Of a stretch of DNA of 32,000 bases, positions 1-9,676 are shown piece by piece (the first letter of the stretch is position 1; each line of letters opens with the position of its first letter). The DNA comes from Candidatus Electronema halotolerans (lineage in GTDB: Bacteria; Desulfobacterota; Desulfobulbia; Desulfobulbales; Desulfobulbaceae), in the NCBI GenBank assembly GCA_942493095.1, contig OW818675.1:480001-512000 (forward strand). The letters run 5' to 3'. Under the pieces are notes generated by a model. That model was not told where the DNA came from and did no database searches. It was given only the letters and a program-made list of their open reading frames with translations. Made by a program: the position numbers and the translations under genes.

Positions 1-106
1 GCAGCAGCCCCCAGAGCATATGCTCGACCGTCACATATTCGTGCCGCTTTGCTTTCGCTTCTTTAATGGCCTTGATCAGGGCCAGTTCCAATTTTCGGCT
101 TAACAT
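1..106 (-). CDS. clpA: ATP-dependent Clp protease ATP-binding subunit ClpA, N-terminal part (truncated by window edge)
   Basis: Reverse-strand translation from ATG at 106..104 gives MLSRKLELALIKAIKEAKAKRHEYVTVEHMLWGLL, the typical ClpA N-domain start; lies directly downstream of clpS. Confidence 0.85.
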   Translation of the reverse strand, partial: MLSRKLELALIKAIKEAKAKRHEYVTVEHMLWGLL

Positions 107-154
107 GATGGCATTCCATGTGAAGTTTTTAACGTTGAAAGCCGGACGACGCTT

Positions 155-469
155 TCAGGCCCGCTCCAAGGAGCATTTCAGGGGAAACTGGTTCTTCCTG
201 GCCAACTGATGCACTTCCGCAACCTTGGTTTCGCCGATTTCACGAGGATACACTCCGGCCACGCCTCGGCCCTGATGATGGACGTTGAGCATGATCGCGG
301 TTGCCTCGGCAGTGTCCTTGGCGAAAATAACCTCAAGGATCATGACCACAAAGTCCATGGTCGTGTAATCGTCATTATGGAGAAGGACTTTGTACAGGGG
401 CGGCTCTTGGAGCTTTTCCCGGTCTTTGACTGCGGTCTCTTCCCGTGTTCCTGAAAGTGTGGTGCCCAT
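155..469 (-). CDS. clpS: ATP-dependent Clp protease adaptor ClpS
   Basis: 104 aa; PPLYKVLLHNDDYTTMDFVVMILEVIF...A..IMLNVHHQGRGVAGVYPREIGETKV matches the ClpS core. Confidence 0.95.
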   Translation of the reverse strand: MGTTLSGTREETAVKDREKLQEPPLYKVLLHNDDYTTMDFVVMILEVIFAKDTAEATAIMLNVHHQGRGVAGVYPREIGETKVAEVHQLARKNQFPLKCSLERA

Positions 470-557
470 TTTCCGGCGGCCTGCTGCTTCGCTTGCTTGA
501 AGTTCTGCTCCGGCGATCCTGCGCTGCCGGAACGGTGAAAAATTCCTTCCTTCCTGT

Positions 558-587
558 ATTGTATAATGCTCAGTTCTGATTTTGCAA
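558..587 (-). promoter_or_regulatory. Putative sigma70-type promoter for clpS-clpA
   Basis: Reverse strand TTGCAA (587..582), 18 nt spacer, TACAAT (563..558), upstream of clpS and overlapping the 3' end of holA. Confidence 0.35.
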
Positions 588-1940
588 GTTCCTATTGCCT
601 TTCATTTCAAGGAACAGAGCCAGCAGCAGATGCTGGAGCACAGTTTCCGCCGCCACAGGCGAGCCTTTCAGCCGCCGGTCAGCCGCCAGAATCAGGCCCA
701 GCCATGCTCTGAGCTGGGGCAGGGAAAAGGCGGCGGCTGTCTTGAATTTCATATACAAAGCAAAGGGATGGCCGGATAGCTCGCTCTGCCAGCGCGGATT
801 GGCCTTGAGCAGCGGCAGGCACTGTTCCTGAAAAATCTTGGGCGACAGATTAGGCCGATATTGATACTGTTCCTGCTCAAGCAGGCTGCGAAAAAGCAGC
901 AGGCTGCGGGTGAAATTGCGCAGCGTTGCCAGCACCGCCAGCCCGTGAATGCCGTTTTCCTGCAACCGGGCGGCAATAAGCAAGGCTTTTTCCAGATTTT
1001 TACTGCCCACTGCCTCGGTCAGCTCAAACACTGCGTCCTCGCGGGTGCGGCCTGTCATCAGATTGAGGTCATCCAAGGTGATCTGGGGCGCGTCGCCGAC
1101 TGAGAGGGCCAGCTTTTCCGTTTCCGTCACAACAGCGGCAGGATGAAAGCCGACCCGCTCCAGCAGCTCGGCCATGACTTCGCCGGACATGCGCTTGCCC
1201 AAGCTGCGCAAGGTCTGGCTGATTTGCTCGCGCAGCACCCCCTCCTGCGCCTTCCTGGCCTGCGAGGAGGAGCCTTTTTCCACACTCAGATCAAGAACCG
1301 GAAATTTCGCGCTCAAGGCTTTGTAAAGCTTTTTCCGCTTGTCCAAGTCCTCAGCCAGAAGAAGCAGGGTGTTGTTCTTGGGAATGCCCGCCTCCAGCGC
1401 GGCTAAGAGCTGCTCGCCTGCATCGCCGCTGGCGCGGGCGGACGGGCCGCTGTCTGCTGCATCAGCCAGCAGGGTTGCGGTCCAGCTCAGACTGTCTGTA
1501 GGTTTAGCAAAGCCGAAGCATTTTTTCCACTGCTCGCTGCTCAGGCTGGCCGGGTCATCCTGCGCTGTCAGGCCACCCGCCTCCAGCATGGCTCGGAGCT
1601 GACGAGCCGCCTTGTCCGCGTTGCCGTCCGTCCAGGCCTTGACCACTTTTTTCCAAATATTCTCAGCCACATTCTTGGAAAGAAAGAGCCTGCTGCCATT
1701 GACCCGGTAAATCTGGCGGCCACCGAGCAGGCTGAAGCTGCGCAATTTGGCCAAAGTGCTGTTCTGGTCTTCGCTGTCGCCGTCAATGGCGTGAACTGTG
1801 CCCTTGAGCGTTTCGGCAATCTTGTCAGCAGCTTGGCGGCAGAGGGTGTGCTCGCCAAAGAGCAGGACAGCGGACGGAGCAGGTTCCTTGCTGATCTCGG
1901 CAAGCAGCTCGTTCAGTTTGCTGCGGTCGTAAACAGGCAT
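570..1940 (-). CDS. holA: DNA polymerase III subunit delta
   Basis: 456 aa ORF; VLLFGEHTLCRQAADKIAETL near the N-terminus, the FSLLGGRQIYRV motif and a helical C-terminal clamp-loader domain are HolA-like. Confidence 0.8.
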   Translation of the reverse strand: MPVYDRSKLNELLAEISKEPAPSAVLLFGEHTLCRQAADKIAETLKGTVHAIDGDSEDQNSTLAKLRSFSLLGGRQIYRVNGSRLFLSKNVAENIWKKVVKAWTDGNADKAARQLRAMLEAGGLTAQDDPASLSSEQWKKCFGFAKPTDSLSWTATLLADAADSGPSARASGDAGEQLLAALEAGIPKNNTLLLLAEDLDKRKKLYKALSAKFPVLDLSVEKGSSSQARKAQEGVLREQISQTLRSLGKRMSGEVMAELLERVGFHPAAVVTETEKLALSVGDAPQITLDDLNLMTGRTREDAVFELTEAVGSKNLEKALLIAARLQENGIHGLAVLATLRNFTRSLLLFRSLLEQEQYQYRPNLSPKIFQEQCLPLLKANPRWQSELSGHPFALYMKFKTAAAFSLPQLRAWLGLILAADRRLKGSPVAAETVLQHLLLALFLEMKGNRNLQNQN

Positions 1941-1948
1941 GATCAGCT

Positions 1949-3265
1949 TCAGCCCATCTGCCGCACGATCTCGCCGATGCGGCGCATCTCGGCCAGAATC
2001 GCGGCTTCATCAAGCGTGGTCAGCCGCCGGTCGCGCAGCACTGTTTGGCCATTGATCACAGAATGGAGCACATCGCTGCCCTTGGCCGCATAGACCAGGT
2101 GCGAAACCGGATGGTAGCAAGGAGTCAGGTGGGGCTGGTTCATATCCAGCATGATGATGTCCGCCTTCTTGCCGACCTCGATGCTGCCGATCTCCGCCTC
2201 AGCATTGAGCAGAGCTGCCCCGCCCATTGTCGCGGCCCGCAGCACAGCTTCAGCCTGCATGGCGGTCGGATCCAAATCGCGCAGCTTGTGCAACTTGGCA
2301 GCCGTGCTCATCTCGCTGAACATGTCAACATCATTGTTGGAGGCACTGCCGTCCGTGCCAATGCCGACAGTCAGGCCCTGCTTGAGCATTGCCTGCACCG
2401 GGGCCATGCCGGAGGCCAATTTCATATTGGATTTCGGGCAATGGGCGACTTTGACCTTGCGCTCGGCCAGCAGAGCGATTTCCTCGTCGCTGATCTGGAC
2501 ACAGTGGGCTGCAACCACCCGTTCGTTGAGCAGGCCGAGCTGCTCCAGATGCCGCACCGGGGTGCTGCCGTACTGCTCCACACAGCCGCTGACTTCGCTT
2601 TTGGTTTCAGATAGATGGATATGCAGGAGGGCCTTTTTTTCTTTTGCCAAGGCAGCGGCCCGCTGAAGCAGCGGCGGCGAGCAAGTATAGACCGCATGAG
2701 GCGTGACTGTGATCGTAATCAATTCGCTGTCTTTGTGCAGGTCAAACAGCTCCTCAACATAGGCGAAACCATTCTCCAGCTCGCCGTAGCAGGGCGAAGG
2801 AAAATCAAAAAAGCCTTCGCCGATCCACGCCCGCATCCCCGCATCTGCCGCCGCCCGCGCCGCTTCTTGAGTGAAGAGATACATGTCATTGAACGCGGTG
2901 GTCCCGGACCTGATCATCTCGCAAATCGAGAGCAAGGTTGCCTGATAGACAATTTCCTTGGTCAGCTTGGCCTCGCGGGGAAAGATGTGCTGCATCAGCC
3001 AGTCCATCAGCGGCAGGTCGTCGGCCAAGCCCCGGAAGCAGGACATGGCCGCATGGCTGTGGCTGTTGATCAGGCCGGGCATGATCAGCCCCTGCGGACT
3101 GGCGAGCAGTTCGGCCTGCGGATATTCAGCCGCCAAGTTTGGGCCGATTTCCACAATGCGGTCATCGGCCACAGCCACGGAAATGCCTTCCTCTTCAATT
3201 GGTTCCCTGCCGTCCATGCTCACCAGCCAGCGGCCTGAGAGCACCAGATTCACCTCTTGGCTCAT
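1949..3265 (-). CDS. mtaD: Amidohydrolase, 5-methylthioadenosine/S-adenosylhomocysteine deaminase type
   Basis: 438 aa; metal-binding GLINSHSHAAMSCFRGLADDLPLMDWL, HIHLSETKSEV, VAAHCVQI, and GIGTDGSASNNDVDMFSEM are characteristic of the MtaD/SsnA amidohydrolase family. Confidence 0.85.
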   Translation of the reverse strand: MSQEVNLVLSGRWLVSMDGREPIEEEGISVAVADDRIVEIGPNLAAEYPQAELLASPQGLIMPGLINSHSHAAMSCFRGLADDLPLMDWLMQHIFPREAKLTKEIVYQATLLSICEMIRSGTTAFNDMYLFTQEAARAAADAGMRAWIGEGFFDFPSPCYGELENGFAYVEELFDLHKDSELITITVTPHAVYTCSPPLLQRAAALAKEKKALLHIHLSETKSEVSGCVEQYGSTPVRHLEQLGLLNERVVAAHCVQISDEEIALLAERKVKVAHCPKSNMKLASGMAPVQAMLKQGLTVGIGTDGSASNNDVDMFSEMSTAAKLHKLRDLDPTAMQAEAVLRAATMGGAALLNAEAEIGSIEVGKKADIIMLDMNQPHLTPCYHPVSHLVYAAKGSDVLHSVINGQTVLRDRRLTTLDEAAILAEMRRIGEIVRQMG

Positions 3266-3371
3266 GAAACGCTCCTCTGATTTTGCAAGGGAGAGTTGCC
3301 CATTGCTTTTTCAATTTTCACATAGCTGCGCACCTTACAACAGCAGCATGGAAAATGACACCTGAATTCGT

Positions 3372-3399
3372 ATAATAAGTGCATATCTCTCTGTATCAA
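3372..3399 (-). promoter_or_regulatory. Putative sigma70-type promoter for the amidohydrolase gene
   Basis: Reverse strand TTGATA (3399..3394), 16 nt spacer, TATTAT (3377..3372), about 105 nt upstream of the ATG. Confidence 0.45.
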
Positions 3400-3540
3400 T
3401 GGTTCGGTAATTTTTTTCAGCGCGTGAGGCGCAACGATGTTCAAAATCGACCATGTTGAACAAAAGACTTGAATATTTATACACCGGTCAGAAGAGGCCG
3501 GGGTGCAGGTGCAGTGGGTCTTCAGGTGGCCCGGAAAACC

Positions 3541-4299
3541 TCAACGACTCTCCGGCAGGGGCAGGTGACGGGCATCCAGCAGAGCCGCCACCCGCTGCTG
3601 GAGCAGAGCGGCCAGCTCCTGCTTGTCTTTGGCCTTGAAATTGCTGACGGACATTGGCGCGCCAATGCGCAGCACCACTTCACCGCCCCGCGAGAGCAGC
3701 CTGCTCTTGGGCAGGACTTGATGGGTGCCGTTGAAACCGACTGGCACCACCTCCACCCCGGCCTTGAGGGCCAGCATGACTGCTCCGGTTTTGAATGGCT
3801 GGAGATGGCCGTCAGGACTGCGGGTGCCTTCAGGAAAAAGGATCACTGAGCTGCCCTTGGCAATCCGCTCCGCCGCCTCAAGCAGACTTTTCATGGCCTC
3901 CCGCCCATGCGAGCGGTTGATAGGGATAAAATCCACAGCTTTCATGCCTGCGCCAAAAATCGGGATGGCGAACAGCTCCTTCTTGGCGATCCAGCGGAAA
4001 TCATGACCAATATAACCTTGAAAGGCCATGATGTCTGCCATGCTGCAATGATTGCCGACAAAAATATAGGGTTTGGCTGGATCAAGCAGGCCGCCGCCTT
4101 CCACCCGCACCCGGATGTTGGCGATCCGGCAGAGGAGCCGTCCCCAGAAGCGGGGGAACTGCTGCGCCTTGGCCTTGGAGTGGCGGAACCAGCGCACATC
4201 AGCAATCGCGCCAAGACAGACGGCAGCGGTCAGGGGCGGAATGGTGAGCAGGGCCATCAGGCCACGCAAAAACTGAATCGGAGAGGTGAAAGCGAACAT
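3541..4299 (-). CDS. plsC: 1-acyl-sn-glycerol-3-phosphate acyltransferase (lysophospholipid acyltransferase)
   Basis: NHCSMADIMAFQG (HX4D-like), FIPINR, and LFPEGTRSPDG motifs. ATG at 4299; the ORF track extends to a TTG at 4314. Confidence 0.88.
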   Translation of the reverse strand: MFAFTSPIQFLRGLMALLTIPPLTAAVCLGAIADVRWFRHSKAKAQQFPRFWGRLLCRIANIRVRVEGGGLLDPAKPYIFVGNHCSMADIMAFQGYIGHDFRWIAKKELFAIPIFGAGMKAVDFIPINRSHGREAMKSLLEAAERIAKGSSVILFPEGTRSPDGHLQPFKTGAVMLALKAGVEVVPVGFNGTHQVLPKSRLLSRGGEVVLRIGAPMSVSNFKAKDKQELAALLQQRVAALLDARHLPLPESR

Positions 4300-4314
4300 G
4301 TTTTTTTTCTGCAA

Positions 4315-5523
4315 TCAGGAAAAATAGGAAAAATCACCTTCCTCCGCGTTCCAGTCCAGCGGCTCGGCGGCAGCGGCTGATTTGAGGAGCACCGGCCACG
4401 GGGCGGTCGAATCCTCATGGATGCTTTGGAGCAGCTCATCAGGACGGCAGAGGAATTCCTGCTCCAGATCGTTGCCAATGAATTCGTCCCGGAAGCGGGT
4501 GATCAGGTTGAGATGCGCCCAGCGGGTCATGTAATAAATGATCAGCCGGGGCAGCCGAGTGTAGATGTTCTCCTTCGGGGCCGGATCAACAAAGCTGGAT
4601 TCCTGCAGTTTTTTTGTTGACAGCACCTGCGGCAGATAGGCATCTTTGAGAAACATGTATTCCGGCGGCAGGCGGGCGTTGATGCCGAACCAGCCCAGCA
4701 TGGCCGCCACTCGTTCCAAGAAAAATTTTCCGGCCATGACCAAAGGATAGGGCACATACACTTCTCGTGGACTCCTCACTTCCAGATAGGAGCGGATGGT
4801 CAGGATCAGATCGTCAAGCGGGACCGGGGACTTGTCGGCAAAGTGATATATCTGGCCGGAGAATTCCTGCCGATGCAGCAGAATATGATGGATGAAATAA
4901 GGAATTTTCGCCGCATTGGTGTAAGAGTGCTTCACACTCCGCCTTGTGAAGAGGAACGGGATGGCCTCGTCGGCAATAGCAAAGAGCAGGCGGTGAAAGC
5001 CTTGAATTTTATGGTCATGCTCGCCATAGACTATTGAGACCCGGACTATAGTGCAGTCCAAGCCGTGCTCTTTGATGATATGCTCCAAGGTTTTTTCCGC
5101 CATCAGCTTGGATTTGGCGTAATTGCTCAGGTCGGCGGTCAGCGGCAGCTGATCCTCCTCGGCAAGGTTCTCGCCCGGCGGCAGCACAGCGGAGGAGCTG
5201 ATATGGATGAAGGGAATGCCGAGAGCGCAGCAGGCTCTGGCCAGATTGACCGCGCCGAGATAGTTGACTTCAAAGGCTAACTGCGCGTCTGAATCCAGCG
5301 AAGCCATGGCCGCGTTGATGACAAAGTCCGGTCTGACCCGCTGAAGATAGACAATGATGTCCTGGGCGTTGCGGATGGAGAGCTTCTTGGAGCTGGGGGC
5401 GCGGATTTCAAAGTCATCCGGGGTCTTGGTCTTGAAATAATGAGCCAAGGTGCCGCCGACCAAGCCGGAGCCGCCGATCAGCACACCGAGACAGCGTTTT
5501 TTTTCTGCGAGCAGATGAATCAT
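4315..5523 (-). CDS. NAD-dependent epimerase/dehydratase (extended SDR, RmlD-like)
   Basis: 402 aa; VLIGGSGLVGGTL Rossmann motif, YAKSKLMAEK (YxxxK) catalytic motif, HISSSAVL. Confidence 0.8.
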   Translation of the reverse strand: MIHLLAEKKRCLGVLIGGSGLVGGTLAHYFKTKTPDDFEIRAPSSKKLSIRNAQDIIVYLQRVRPDFVINAAMASLDSDAQLAFEVNYLGAVNLARACCALGIPFIHISSSAVLPPGENLAEEDQLPLTADLSNYAKSKLMAEKTLEHIIKEHGLDCTIVRVSIVYGEHDHKIQGFHRLLFAIADEAIPFLFTRRSVKHSYTNAAKIPYFIHHILLHRQEFSGQIYHFADKSPVPLDDLILTIRSYLEVRSPREVYVPYPLVMAGKFFLERVAAMLGWFGINARLPPEYMFLKDAYLPQVLSTKKLQESSFVDPAPKENIYTRLPRLIIYYMTRWAHLNLITRFRDEFIGNDLEQEFLCRPDELLQSIHEDSTAPWPVLLKSAAAAEPLDWNAEEGDFSYFS

Positions 5524-5736
5524 TGTGTCCTCGGGAAAGAGCCGTCATCCTCTTTTCTTTAGCATGTTTGCCCGCAAAAAGCATCATTTTTTCGGGAGGA
5601 GCAGAGGCGGGAAGGATGCAAGGTTGACGGCGGCACTGCGGAAGGCGGAAAGGCTGATCCCGGAAGCAGCCACCCCGGCAGATGCGGAAGAGCGGGCCGC
5701 CTTTTCCCATTCCGCCTCAGTGGGGAGCCGACGGCC

Positions 5737-6164
5737 TCACCGCTTTGGGCCGCAGCCTCCTATGTTGGAGAAGACCGCCTCGCCTGCAATCTCTGCTGTG
5801 CCGATCTTCACGCCAGTGCCGCCTTGAGCATGCCAATATCCATGCCAATCCCTGCGGCAGCTTCCGGGCTGTGCTGCTCGACAGCGGCCAGCAGCTTCTC
5901 CGCCCCCTGCGCCAGCTCCTGATCCTTATCCGCTCCGGCATCTTTGAGGGCTGCCTCCAGCATCTGCCGCCGGGGTGCGGCTTCCGGCTTTTTAGCAACA
6001 TAGTCAACCGCAGCCGTCACATCCTCGTTCTTTCCGTAACGGTCGTGAATAAGCTTTTTCAGCGCGTTGTATGAATCTTTGACTGCTGCTGCGGCAACAT
6101 CCTTCAGGCTTTCCGCCGCGCCCAGCGCGACCGCCGCTGCGATGGTGGTGATGACAGGTTCCAT
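5737..6164 (-). pseudogene. Small alpha-helical protein (5808..6164, 118 aa) apparently frameshifted, with its C-terminal tail continuing in another frame to about 5737
   Basis: ORF MEPVITTIAAAVALGAAESLKDVAAAAVKDSYNALKKLIHDRYG...AGIGMDIGMLKAALA* stops at 5808. The overlapping alternate frame 5820..5737 reads GTGVKIGTAEIAGEAVFSNIGGCGPKR*, resembling the expected C-terminal continuation of this kind of protein. Confidence 0.5.
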
Positions 6165-6173
6165 GACGTTTTT

Positions 6174-6300
6174 TTGCTTGCGGATTCAAGTTCCAAGGTT
6201 GGATTCAATAAGCGCATTGAATCGGTATTCAGCATGATTAAACAGCGATTTCCAGCACATATCCATGCTGTCATCCAGCGTGGATTCATTTCAGGCAGCA
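6174..6300 (+). pseudogene. Possible transposase C-terminal remnant
   Basis: Plus-strand translation ADSSSKVGFNKRIESVFSMIKQRFPAHIHAVIQRGF resembles the DDE transposase C-terminal signature region (E-x6-K); there is no start region or intact ORF. Confidence 0.35.
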
Positions 6301-6390
6301 ACCAAGGGTTTCAAAGAAGAACGATACGTTGTCGAAGTCGAAGGGCGCTTTTTAACCTGCCTCAGCCTCGGGCAAAACTCTCCGCAGCCT

Positions 6391-6426
6391 GAAAACAAAA
6401 GAGCCGGGCAACCATTGCCCGGCTCT
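6391..6426 (-). terminator. Rho-independent terminator for the minus-strand ATPase gene
   Basis: 12 bp perfect stem aagagccgggca / tgcccggctctt (6399-6410 / 6415-6426) with a 4 nt loop; on the minus strand it is followed by TTTTGTTTTC. Confidence 0.75.
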
Positions 6427-6452
6427 TGTTGCAACAACTGCACTGATCAGCC

Positions 6453-7145
6453 TCAGTCTTCCTGCCGCACCATCATGGTGGCCGGATCAAGGCCGAGATG
6501 ACTGCCGCCTTCGTCTTTCTGGCCATCCTTGCGGAGGATTTCCAGCAGAATATGATCCTGCTCCGGCTTGAGCAAGATCACGGTCTCAAAGAGGCCATCC
6601 AGCTCATGGCAGGGCGCGGGCACCCCGGACGGCGAAACCCGCTCGTCCTCGCGGTGGCTGGTGGCTGAAAACCATGTCTGGAGGCGCAGGCTCTCCATCA
6701 GCTCCCTGACCTCCTCCAAGTTGCCATGATCCGTGGCCGTGAAGTCAAAGCCGTCGATCACCACGCAGTCGGGCTTGAAGATGTTCTGCTCAATCAGGTC
6801 GCCAAGCCGCTCCTCCAGCCGGGCGCGGTCAAAAGTCCCAGCCTTGAAGGTCATGATCATCCGGTGCTGCCGGACCATGTCAATCAGCTCATGCGGTTTG
6901 GTCACTGAGCATTCCTGAAGAATGACCTGAAGCATGTCGTCATACCAGAGCTTGGTCTTGTCCAAGGTCTCGCCAATGCTGATATGGACAACCCGGTTGC
7001 CCCGCAGAATGGAATCCAGCGCGATCTGGACCAGCAAAGCGGTCTTGCCCACGCCGGTGCGGGCCATGATCAGCCCCATTTTCCTGCTTCCGGTCAGCTT
7101 CAGCACCCGCAGCGGATTCTGTTTGACCAGCGATTCATATCCCAT
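6453..7145 (-). CDS. RecA/KaiC-superfamily P-loop ATPase of unknown role
   Basis: 230 aa; GLIMARTGVGKTALLVQIALDSILRGNRVVHISIGE (Walker A and RecA-like strand 2), DCVVIDGFDF (Walker B-like). Confidence 0.65.
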   Translation of the reverse strand: MGYESLVKQNPLRVLKLTGSRKMGLIMARTGVGKTALLVQIALDSILRGNRVVHISIGETLDKTKLWYDDMLQVILQECSVTKPHELIDMVRQHRMIMTFKAGTFDRARLEERLGDLIEQNIFKPDCVVIDGFDFTATDHGNLEEVRELMESLRLQTWFSATSHREDERVSPSGVPAPCHELDGLFETVILLKPEQDHILLEILRKDGQKDEGGSHLGLDPATMMVRQED

Positions 7146-7226
7146 GATGCCACCTCATATAGATTTCGTCGTCTCTTGTGCTGGACGGCCCAGCTCTGCC
7201 GCACCGCCTCATTTCCGCGAATGCTC

Positions 7227-9311
7227 TCAGCCCTTCTTGTTCGCGCTCTCGTATTCCTTGATCAGCTCCTCAGCCACGCTTTTCGGCACCTGCCTGTAGG
7301 AGGCGAATTCCATGCTGAACTCGGCCTTGCCCTGAGTCAGCGAGCGGAGAATGGTGGAATAGCCGAACATCTCGGAAAGCGGCATTTCCGCTTCAACCAC
7401 GGTGTAGGTGCCCTCCTCCGAGGTGCCGACAATCATGCCGCGCCGCTGATTGAGGCTGCCCATGATCGCGCCCTGGAACTCGGACGGCCCTTCCACAGCC
7501 ACTTTCATGATCGGCTCCATGATCACTGCGCCCGCCTTTTTATAGGCTTCCCTGAACGCGCCTTTGGCTGCCTGCTGGAAGGCCATGTCAGACGAGTCAA
7601 CTGCGTGATAACTGCCGTCGTTGATCAACATGCGCACCCCGGTGATGGGCGCGCCGATGAGCATGCCCTTGTCCATCGAGGCTTGGAAGCCCTTGTCGCA
7701 GGAAGGGATGAACTCACGGGGAATCGCCCCGCCGACGATCTTGTCAACAAATTCGTATTCGCCCTCTTCGAGCGGCTCCATCAAGCCTGCCACCCGGCCA
7801 AACTGACCGGAACCGCCGGTCTGCTTCTTGTGGGTGTAATCAAAGGCGGCCTGCTGGGTGATGGTCTCGCGATAGGCGACACGCGGCGCGCCGACCTCAA
7901 CCTCGGCCTTGTATTCGCGCTTCATGCGCTCAATATAGACATCCAAATGCAGCTCGCCCATGCCGGAGATGATGGTCTCGCTGGTCTCATGATCGACAAA
8001 GGACTTGAAGGTCGGGTCTTCTTTGGAGAAGCGGTTCAGGGCCTTGGAGATGTTGTCCTGGGCCTTGTTGTCCTTGGGCTTGATGGCCAGGGAGATGACC
8101 GGCGCAGGAATGTGCATCGAGGTCATGGACCAGTTGATGCGGCCATCGCAGAAGGTGTCGCCGGACGCGCAGTCAATGCCGAACAGGGCGATGATGTCGC
8201 CGGAACCAGCCTCGTCGATCTCCTCCATCTCATTGGAGTGCATCCGCACCAGACGGCCCACTTTGACCTTTTTGCCAGTGCGGGTGTTGACAATGGAATC
8301 GCCTTTCTTGATCATGCCCTGATAGGTGCGGACATACGTGAGCTGGCCGTAGCGGCCATCCTCCAGCTTGAAGGCCAAGGCAACCAACGGATCGTCCGGG
8401 TTGTTGGAGACCATGACTTCGGCCTCATTGTTGTCCAGATCAAGGGCGGTGTTCTTGATTTCCGTGGGGCTGGGCAGGTACATCTGCACTGCATCCAAAA
8501 GCGGCTGCACCCCTTTGTTCTTATACGCTGAACCAATCATGACCGGAGCAAGCTGAAGGGCGAGCGTGCCTTTGCGGATCGCGGCCTGAATTAGCTCCAC
8601 CGGAATCTCTCCCTCCTCCAGCATGGCCTCCATCAGCTCGTCCGAGAACATGGAGACCGCGTCGAGCAGCTCCTCGCGCTTGGCAGCAGCCTCGTCTTGG
8701 AGATGGGCGGGAATCTCGGCATAGCGGATATCGCGGCCCTGCTCGCCCTCAAAGTACAGCGCCTTCATAGTCACCAGATCGATCACGCCTTCCATGTCGC
8801 TTTCCAAGCCGATTGGAATCTGAATCATGACCGCATTCAGGTTCAGCTTCTCGCGGAGCTGGCGCACGACCCGCTCCGGGTTGGCGCCGGTGCGGTCGCA
8901 TTTGTTGATGAAGGCGATGCGCGGGACATTGTAGCGGGTCATCTGCCGGTCAACCGTGATGGACTGCGACTGGACCCCGCCCACGGAGCAGAGAATCAGG
9001 ATTGCCCCGTCCAGCACCCGCAGGGCGCGCTCCACCTCGACTGTGAAGTCAACGTGGCCAGGGGTGTCGATGATGTTGATGCTGGTGTCCTTCCATGAAC
9101 AGTAGGTGGCTGCGGACTGAATGGTGATGCCGCGCTCCTTTTCCAGCTCCATCGAGTCCATGGTCGCGCCCACGCCGTCCTTGCCCCGCACCTCGTGAAT
9201 GGCGTGGATGCGCTGGGTGTAATAAAGGATGCGCTCGGTGAGCGTGGTTTTGCCCGAGTCAATATGGGCGCTGATGCCGATGTTCCGCACAAACTTCAGG
9301 TCCTTGTTCAT
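7227..9311 (-). CDS. fusA: Elongation factor G (spdEFG1 / mitochondrial EFG1-like subfamily)
   Basis: [71 protein letters not shown]; the GTPase motifs [10 protein letters not shown] and INKCDR are present. The ATG at 9311 is preferred over the longer upstream extension in the ORF track. Confidence 0.93.
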   Translation of the reverse strand: MNKDLKFVRNIGISAHIDSGKTTLTERILYYTQRIHAIHEVRGKDGVGATMDSMELEKERGITIQSAATYCSWKDTSINIIDTPGHVDFTVEVERALRVLDGAILILCSVGGVQSQSITVDRQMTRYNVPRIAFINKCDRTGANPERVVRQLREKLNLNAVMIQIPIGLESDMEGVIDLVTMKALYFEGEQGRDIRYAEIPAHLQDEAAAKREELLDAVSMFSDELMEAMLEEGEIPVELIQAAIRKGTLALQLAPVMIGSAYKNKGVQPLLDAVQMYLPSPTEIKNTALDLDNNEAEVMVSNNPDDPLVALAFKLEDGRYGQLTYVRTYQGMIKKGDSIVNTRTGKKVKVGRLVRMHSNEMEEIDEAGSGDIIALFGIDCASGDTFCDGRINWSMTSMHIPAPVISLAIKPKDNKAQDNISKALNRFSKEDPTFKSFVDHETSETIISGMGELHLDVYIERMKREYKAEVEVGAPRVAYRETITQQAAFDYTHKKQTGGSGQFGRVAGLMEPLEEGEYEFVDKIVGGAIPREFIPSCDKGFQASMDKGMLIGAPITGVRMLINDGSYHAVDSSDMAFQQAAKGAFREAYKKAGAVIMEPIMKVAVEGPSEFQGAIMGSLNQRRGMIVGTSEEGTYTVVEAEMPLSEMFGYSTILRSLTQGKAEFSMEFASYRQVPKSVAEELIKEYESANKKG

Positions 9312-9676
9312 CTCTGATTCCTCTGCTTCCTGACCGCTGCCCGGCCTGCCCCGGACGGAACGCAGCCGCCTGCCTGCAAATGTCAGTTGAAAAAAAATAA
9401 AAAAGGAGTCACAGCATTCTGCAACCCCTTGACATATATCCTCATGCCATGCTGCCGGGCCGACAGCAGCAGATGCTGGACAGCGCCAGCTTGGAAAAAT
9501 AGGTTTATATACACCAAAGCGGCAGGCGGCGCAAGGCAAAAGCGGCAGCGACCGGTCGGAAAATCAGCCTAAAAGACCACTGCCATTCATTGGCCATGAC
9601 AATGGCTCATGCAGCATGGTCGTGATCGGGAAACCATGCTCACAGGGTGATGCCCGTTTTGCATGCAGAACATGAC

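Noticed and set aside
3266-3540. Intergenic stretch with small ORFs (3262..3444, 3453..3638) and G-rich segments, considered as a structured RNA such as SRP RNA
   Set aside because: The short ORFs have no family signature, and I could not match the sequence to the SRP RNA core or any other RNA consensus. An Infernal/Rfam scan would be needed.
5571-5596. Hairpin cccgcaaaaa gcatca ttttttcggg downstream of the decayed small gene
   Set aside because: The stem has an internal mismatch and no U tract follows on either strand; not a clear terminator or element.
6984-8531. 515-aa plus-strand ORF in the ORF track
   Set aside because: It lies antisense to the well-supported fusA gene, has shadow-ORF composition (His/Asp/Leu/Gly-rich from reversed codons) and no recognisable domain or RBS.
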